58,134 nucleotides of DNA from positions 1 through 58,134 of the forward strand of contig CALMRD010000276.1 in assembly GCA_937871625.1 (NCBI GenBank), read 5' to 3'. The notes under the pieces are model-generated. The model was not told the DNA's origin. It saw only the letters and a list, made by a program, of their open reading frames with translations, and searched no databases. The translations under genes and the position numbers were made by a program. Of this stretch, positions 57,901-58,134 are shown in pieces (the first letter of the stretch is position 1; each line of letters begins with the position of its first letter). Source of the stretch: an uncultured Bacteroidales bacterium. GTDB taxonomy: Bacteria > Bacteroidota > Bacteroidia > Bacteroidales > VadinHA17.

Positions 57901-58134
57901 AATATCTGTCTGTTTTTCTGCCGGGATGAGAGAGAAGGCAACTGAGCTTGCCCGTGGCCTGGCAGACTATTATTTCAGTCGTTCCGGATACCTGATGAAC
58001 CAGGTGCCATCCGTTGCCCTCTATGCGGATCAGGAGATAGCCAGCGCACTTCAGATAGTATCACCACTGATACAGACCTGCTATGACTACGGTGAGACTG
58101 ATCTCGCCGAGGAGCTTAACGCAGGGTTCAATGA
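54962..58134 (+). CDS. DUF2723 domain membrane protein (glycosyltransferase-like), 3' end beyond window
   Basis: Absent from the ORF track because there is no stop before the window end. My translation from ATG 54962 gives MIKKFRLWDNILGWTVFALAAVTYLMTLEPTTSLWDCGEFIASAFKLEVGHPPGAPFFMILGRFF...SAVEGEVYATSSLFTALVFWAILKWE...NQYPNQPRERDYAYAASFYAFTIW. These are the conserved DUF2723 blocks. The frame is open for all 1057 codons. Confidence 0.8.
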   Translation, partial: MIKKFRLWDNILGWTVFALAAVTYLMTLEPTTSLWDCGEFIASAFKLEVGHPPGAPFFMILGRFFASFAGGDVSKVAMMINAMSGLASALTILFLFWTVTHLARRIFLKQEADYTPGKIIAVLGAGLTGALAYAFSDTFWFSAVEGEVYATSSLFTALVFWAILKWEDAADEPHADRWIILIAFMMGLSIGVHLLNLLAIPAIVFVWYFRKYQFSWKGLAASAGVSVLLLVLIMYGIIPGIFRVTSQFELFFVNSLGMPFNSGMVIHLLLFITALLLSVWYSFTHSDGRRGFLLASATLLLSGMWLLTDSLAANLLFLVLLVYGAWYLSTRQRVALNTILTAMTVIVIGYSSFATIVIRSTANTPMNENNPSNPFALLYYLNREQYGQRPLFTGPYYNAPVTDYSKGKPTYNPVDGKYVITNRATEREYDERFVTFLPRMWSDSPDHRRIYEEYSGTRGKAVSVTDPQTGEPTTLRVPTFGQNLKFMFRYQFGVMYFRYFMWNFSGRQNDIQHFGGPVNGNWITGINFIDAPRTGSLKDMPDDMKNHPSRNTYFLLPLLLGLAGFLWHFNRDVRNWWIVLLLFVMTGIAIVVYLNQYPNQPRERDYAYAASFYAFTIWIGMGVLALYELMRKAVAERPAAIAATVIAFAAVPALMAAENWDDHDRSGRYLARDVAFNYLNSCAPQAVIFTGGDNDTFPLWYAQEVEGVRTDVRVCNLMLLNTDWYIDQMKMKAYSSEPLPISLPKKLYYDGVNNQVAVFERVREPATAKEVLKFINSGSEVSKLTMYGEEIYYIPTRTIRIPVDSAKVVANGTVRPEDADRIVPYIDINLKGQWLLKSQLIVLDILAHNDWDRPIYFVAGHHDDAMGLEEYFQLEGIAYRLVPVKGVNRGWLDYGRINTDILYDNMMNKFAWGGTADPDVNIDFYHSRTLTVVRARLNHARLARALVEEGDTARATAVIERCLELFPTEKLGYDFYFPEIISVCFSAGMREKATELARGLADYYFSRSGYLMNQVPSVALYADQEIASALQIVSPLIQTCYDYGETDLAEELNAGFN

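Overview
This 58 kb window looks like a Bacteroidota chromosome segment. Many gene starts are preceded by TAnnTTTG -7 promoter boxes, and the gene content fits the phylum (DUF2723, e(P4) phosphatase, bactofilin-atpZ-atp cluster, short epsilon subunit).

I call about 55 CDS, mostly housekeeping:
- dtd (partial, missed by the ORF track), mntP, a PHP phosphatase, a Crp/Fnr regulator, tldD-pmbA, a PPi-type phosphofructokinase, rsgA
- a hybrid sensor kinase that appears kinase-dead, selU, a U32 peptidase, an AsmA-like protein, pepE
- an ECF sigma / anti-sigma / OM beta-barrel operon, and a GH16-fold protein lacking the catalytic glutamates
- an AT-rich islet holding a DUF4143 ATPase and a decayed IS4 transposase
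- a TetR / LolA-like / FtsX x2 / ABC / beta-barrel envelope cluster, and a LiaF-like / LytS-like / LytTR module
- yceD-rpmF-plsX-fabH, and a complete F-type ATPase cluster interrupted by a polyprenyl synthase and followed by a PLP decarboxylase
- a 956-aa HExxH / beta-propeller / beta-barrel protein, and a partial DUF2723 gene running off the 3' edge

No tRNA, rRNA, CRISPR or intact mobile element was seen.

The main unexplained signal is a dispersed hairpin element of about 65-75 nt. There are 6 units at 4 loci between 20.4 and 36.6 kb. Every unit is co-oriented with the downstream gene, and each locus's gene-proximal unit ends 19-25 nt before the start codon. I could not assign it to a known family.

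Secondary signals:
- four tandem 36-bp repeats, each carrying a promoter -7 box, upstream of pepE
- a Tat/lipobox TldD paired with a signal-less PmbA
- a structured repeat-rich spacer upstream of pfp

All calls come from reading the sequence and ORF translations. No database search was run.
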